Positions 61,706 to 64,000 of a stretch of 64,000 nucleotides of DNA are shown here, one piece after another (the first letter of the stretch is position 1; every line of letters starts with the position of its first letter). This DNA is from Mobula hypostoma (Eukaryota): NCBI RefSeq assembly GCF_963921235.1, contig NC_086097.1:56670001-56734000 (forward strand), in the 5' to 3' direction. A program made the translations under genes and the position numbers. The notes under the pieces are model-generated. The model made no database searches. It was not told the DNA's origin and worked only from the letters and a program-made list of their open reading frames with translations.

Positions 61706-62904
61706 AGGCCTTCATGAGGAAATGTGGAAATTGTACTTACAAAAGGCACCGCAATGCCCTGGAAATTTACCACAAACACTTTCTCCACAAAATCCTCTAG
61801 AGTCACTGGAAATAAAAGCAAACCAGTGTCCAAGTCTTCTCTCAAGCCAACATCAGTGGCAGTTGAACCCCTAAATATACTGTTAAGTACACTGTCAGCT
61901 ACGTTGGGCAGAACACTTCACTCAAAGGCACAACCGCCAAAATAAACACTTTAAACGGAGCTCTGTCATAGGAAGAGATAACCGGGCAACAAAGTGTAAA
62001 GATGCATGGTTTCCCAATGAAGGAAAATGTTCTGTTTTCTCCCCTCCGCAGAAGCAGCCTGAACTACAAAGTTCCTACTCCATTTTTTCTGTGTTGATCA
62101 AGATCTTCAGCACCTGCAGAATCTCTTGTGTAAAGATACACAGATGTATTTAAAGCCTCCTTGAAGAAATGCAATGACTTACTCCAGTCCGTGACTGCTC
62201 AGGGTAGAGAAAGAGCTGACAGTAAGATTAATTTGAAATTATTGAGTTATTTTCTTAAGAAAGTAAACAGATGTTCAAATCATCACTTTCACTTATTCAC
62301 CTGTCACCATGTTTTAATATCTTGGACATAGCACGGTCACAGCAAAACACCAATTATGCCAAGTTATTTCTTGATCATCCAAGAATATGTTATGGATGTG
62401 ACATAGGAAAGCTCTAAAACCCCTTTGGGGAACAGGATAAATTCAACATTCAAAAACAAATTTCTCTCCTTGCTACACCACTTACATTGGGCCAACACTT
62501 GATGTCAAGTCCCTAACCCATAGTTCATCCACAGCTGCACTGACCTTGTCCAGGAGCAGAGGGCTCATCTTCGTAAGCCAGAATCCAGGACAATAGATCT
62601 TCCCTGCTCTACAATATTCAACAGCCAGCAAAGCTTTCCTTGGTCTTCTAATTCTTCGACTCACAATTGGTGGCAGTTCACATCCAAAAAGACATCCCTC
62701 AGTATGATACCAGGAAATCTTATCAAGACTGACCTTCTCCACTAGACTCCATGAGATTGTCAGTGATTTATCAGAGTTTCCACAGATGAATGTACTAAAT
62801 GGAACTGTTGGCAAAAATCCACACCACTGTATTTCTACTGTGTTTATTCCTCTGGACTAATCTGAATTACTCATTTCTCTTCTCCAACCTGTAACAAATA
62901 ATAA

Positions 62905-64000
62905 TGATGGGAGCTATATACAGACCCCCAAACATTTTTATGTGGTCTACAAATTACAACAGGAGATAGAAAATTCATGCCAAAAGGGCAATGTTACAAG
63001 GTCATGGGGGATTTCAATATGCAGGTAGATTGGGAAAATCAGTTTGGATGCTAGATCCCAAGAGATGAAATTTCTAGAGTGCCTATGAGATGGCTTTTCA
63101 GAGCAGATAGTGGTTGAGCCCAGTAAGGGATCGGCTATTCTGGATTGGGTGTTGTGCAATGAAGCAGAATTGATTAAAAAGCTTAAGATAAAGGAACCCT
63201 TAGGGACAATATTATGATAGAATTCACCCTGTAGTTTAAGAAGGAGAAGCTAAGGTCAGATGTATCAGTACTATAGTGGAGTAGAGGGAATAACAGAGGA
63301 ATGAGAGGGGAGCTGGCCAAAATTGATTGGAAAAGAACACTGGCAGGGATGATGGCAGAGCAACAATGGCTGGAATTTCTGGGAGCAAATCAGAACGTGT
63401 AAAAATAATACATCCCGAAGTGGAAACAGTATTCTAAAGGTAGGATGACACAACTTTGGCTGACGAGAAGTCAAAGCCAACATAAAAGCCAGAGAGGGCA
63501 TATAACAGAGCAAAAACTAGTGGGAAGTTAGATGATTGGGAAGCATTTAAAAACTAACAGAAGGCTACTAAAAAGTCATTGAGAAGGGAAAGATAGAATA
63601 CAAAAGTAAGCTAGCCAATAATATTAAAGAGGATACCAAAAGTTTCTTCAGTTATATAAATAGTAAAAGAGAGGTAAGAATAGATATCAGATGGTTAGAA
63701 AATGATGCTGGAGAGATAGTAATGGGAGACAAGGAAATAGCGGGTGAACTGAATAAGTATTTTACATCAGTCTTTACTGTGGAAGACACTAGCAGTATGT
63801 TGGACGTTCGATGTGTCAGGGGGCAGAAGTGTATGAAGTTGCCTTAAACAGGGACAACATTCTTAGGAAACTGAAAGATGTTTGTAGATAAGTCACATGG
63901 ACCAGATGGAAAACACCCCAGAGTTCGGAAAGAGGTGGCTGAAGAGAACGTGGAGGCACTAGTAATGATCTTTCAAGAATCATTTAATTCTGGCATGGTT
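62905..64000 (+). mobile_element. CR1 ORF2 fragment (endonuclease to tether), runs off the window
   Basis: Closely parallels 13570-14640 (gtcatgggggatttcaatatgc, aaggaacccttagg, gatctttcaagaatc). Confidence 0.9.

Noticed and set aside
62482..62888. Minus-strand 110-aa ORF with a gtaagt donor at 62485 as the upstream ARMH4 exon
   Set aside because: The donor is phase 2 in the open frame. The phase-1 frame needed to join the 32-nt exon has a TGA seven codons upstream. There is no resemblance to the recalled acidic ARMH4 region.

Overview
Eukaryotic, vertebrate genomic DNA, most likely an elasmobranch (ray or shark). This is inferred from V-domain/HE1-type SINEs plus abundant CR1, Rex1/Babar and Penelope repeats. 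The window appears to lie inside one minus-strand host gene, ARMH4 (C14orf37, a single-pass membrane protein). Only two of its exons are visible: a 32-nt exon at 18710-18741 and the 135-nt transmembrane exon at 9576-9710. They have canonical GT-AG sites and compatible phases; I could not find the preceding or terminal exon here. The rest is intron, more than half of it recognisable transposon debris: CR1, Rex1/Babar, RTE, Penelope-like elements, one apparently full-length but decayed L1 (about 50180-55432), several SINE types, and hAT/Charlie, Harbinger, mariner and Tc1 DNA elements, often nested. Nearly all entries in the ORF track are TE fragments or chance ORFs. The most interesting unexplained structures are: (i) many Penelope-terminal minimal hammerhead-ribozyme motifs, three of them in small fold-back cassettes; (ii) a 140-bp inverted duplication and a 27-bp-stem hairpin, both at LINE 5' truncation points; (iii) a 53-bp tandem array that starts exactly at a hAT target-site duplication. 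I see no convincing wholly new gene system. Family names come from recalled motifs, not database searches, and repeat boundaries are approximate unless a TSD or TIR is quoted.
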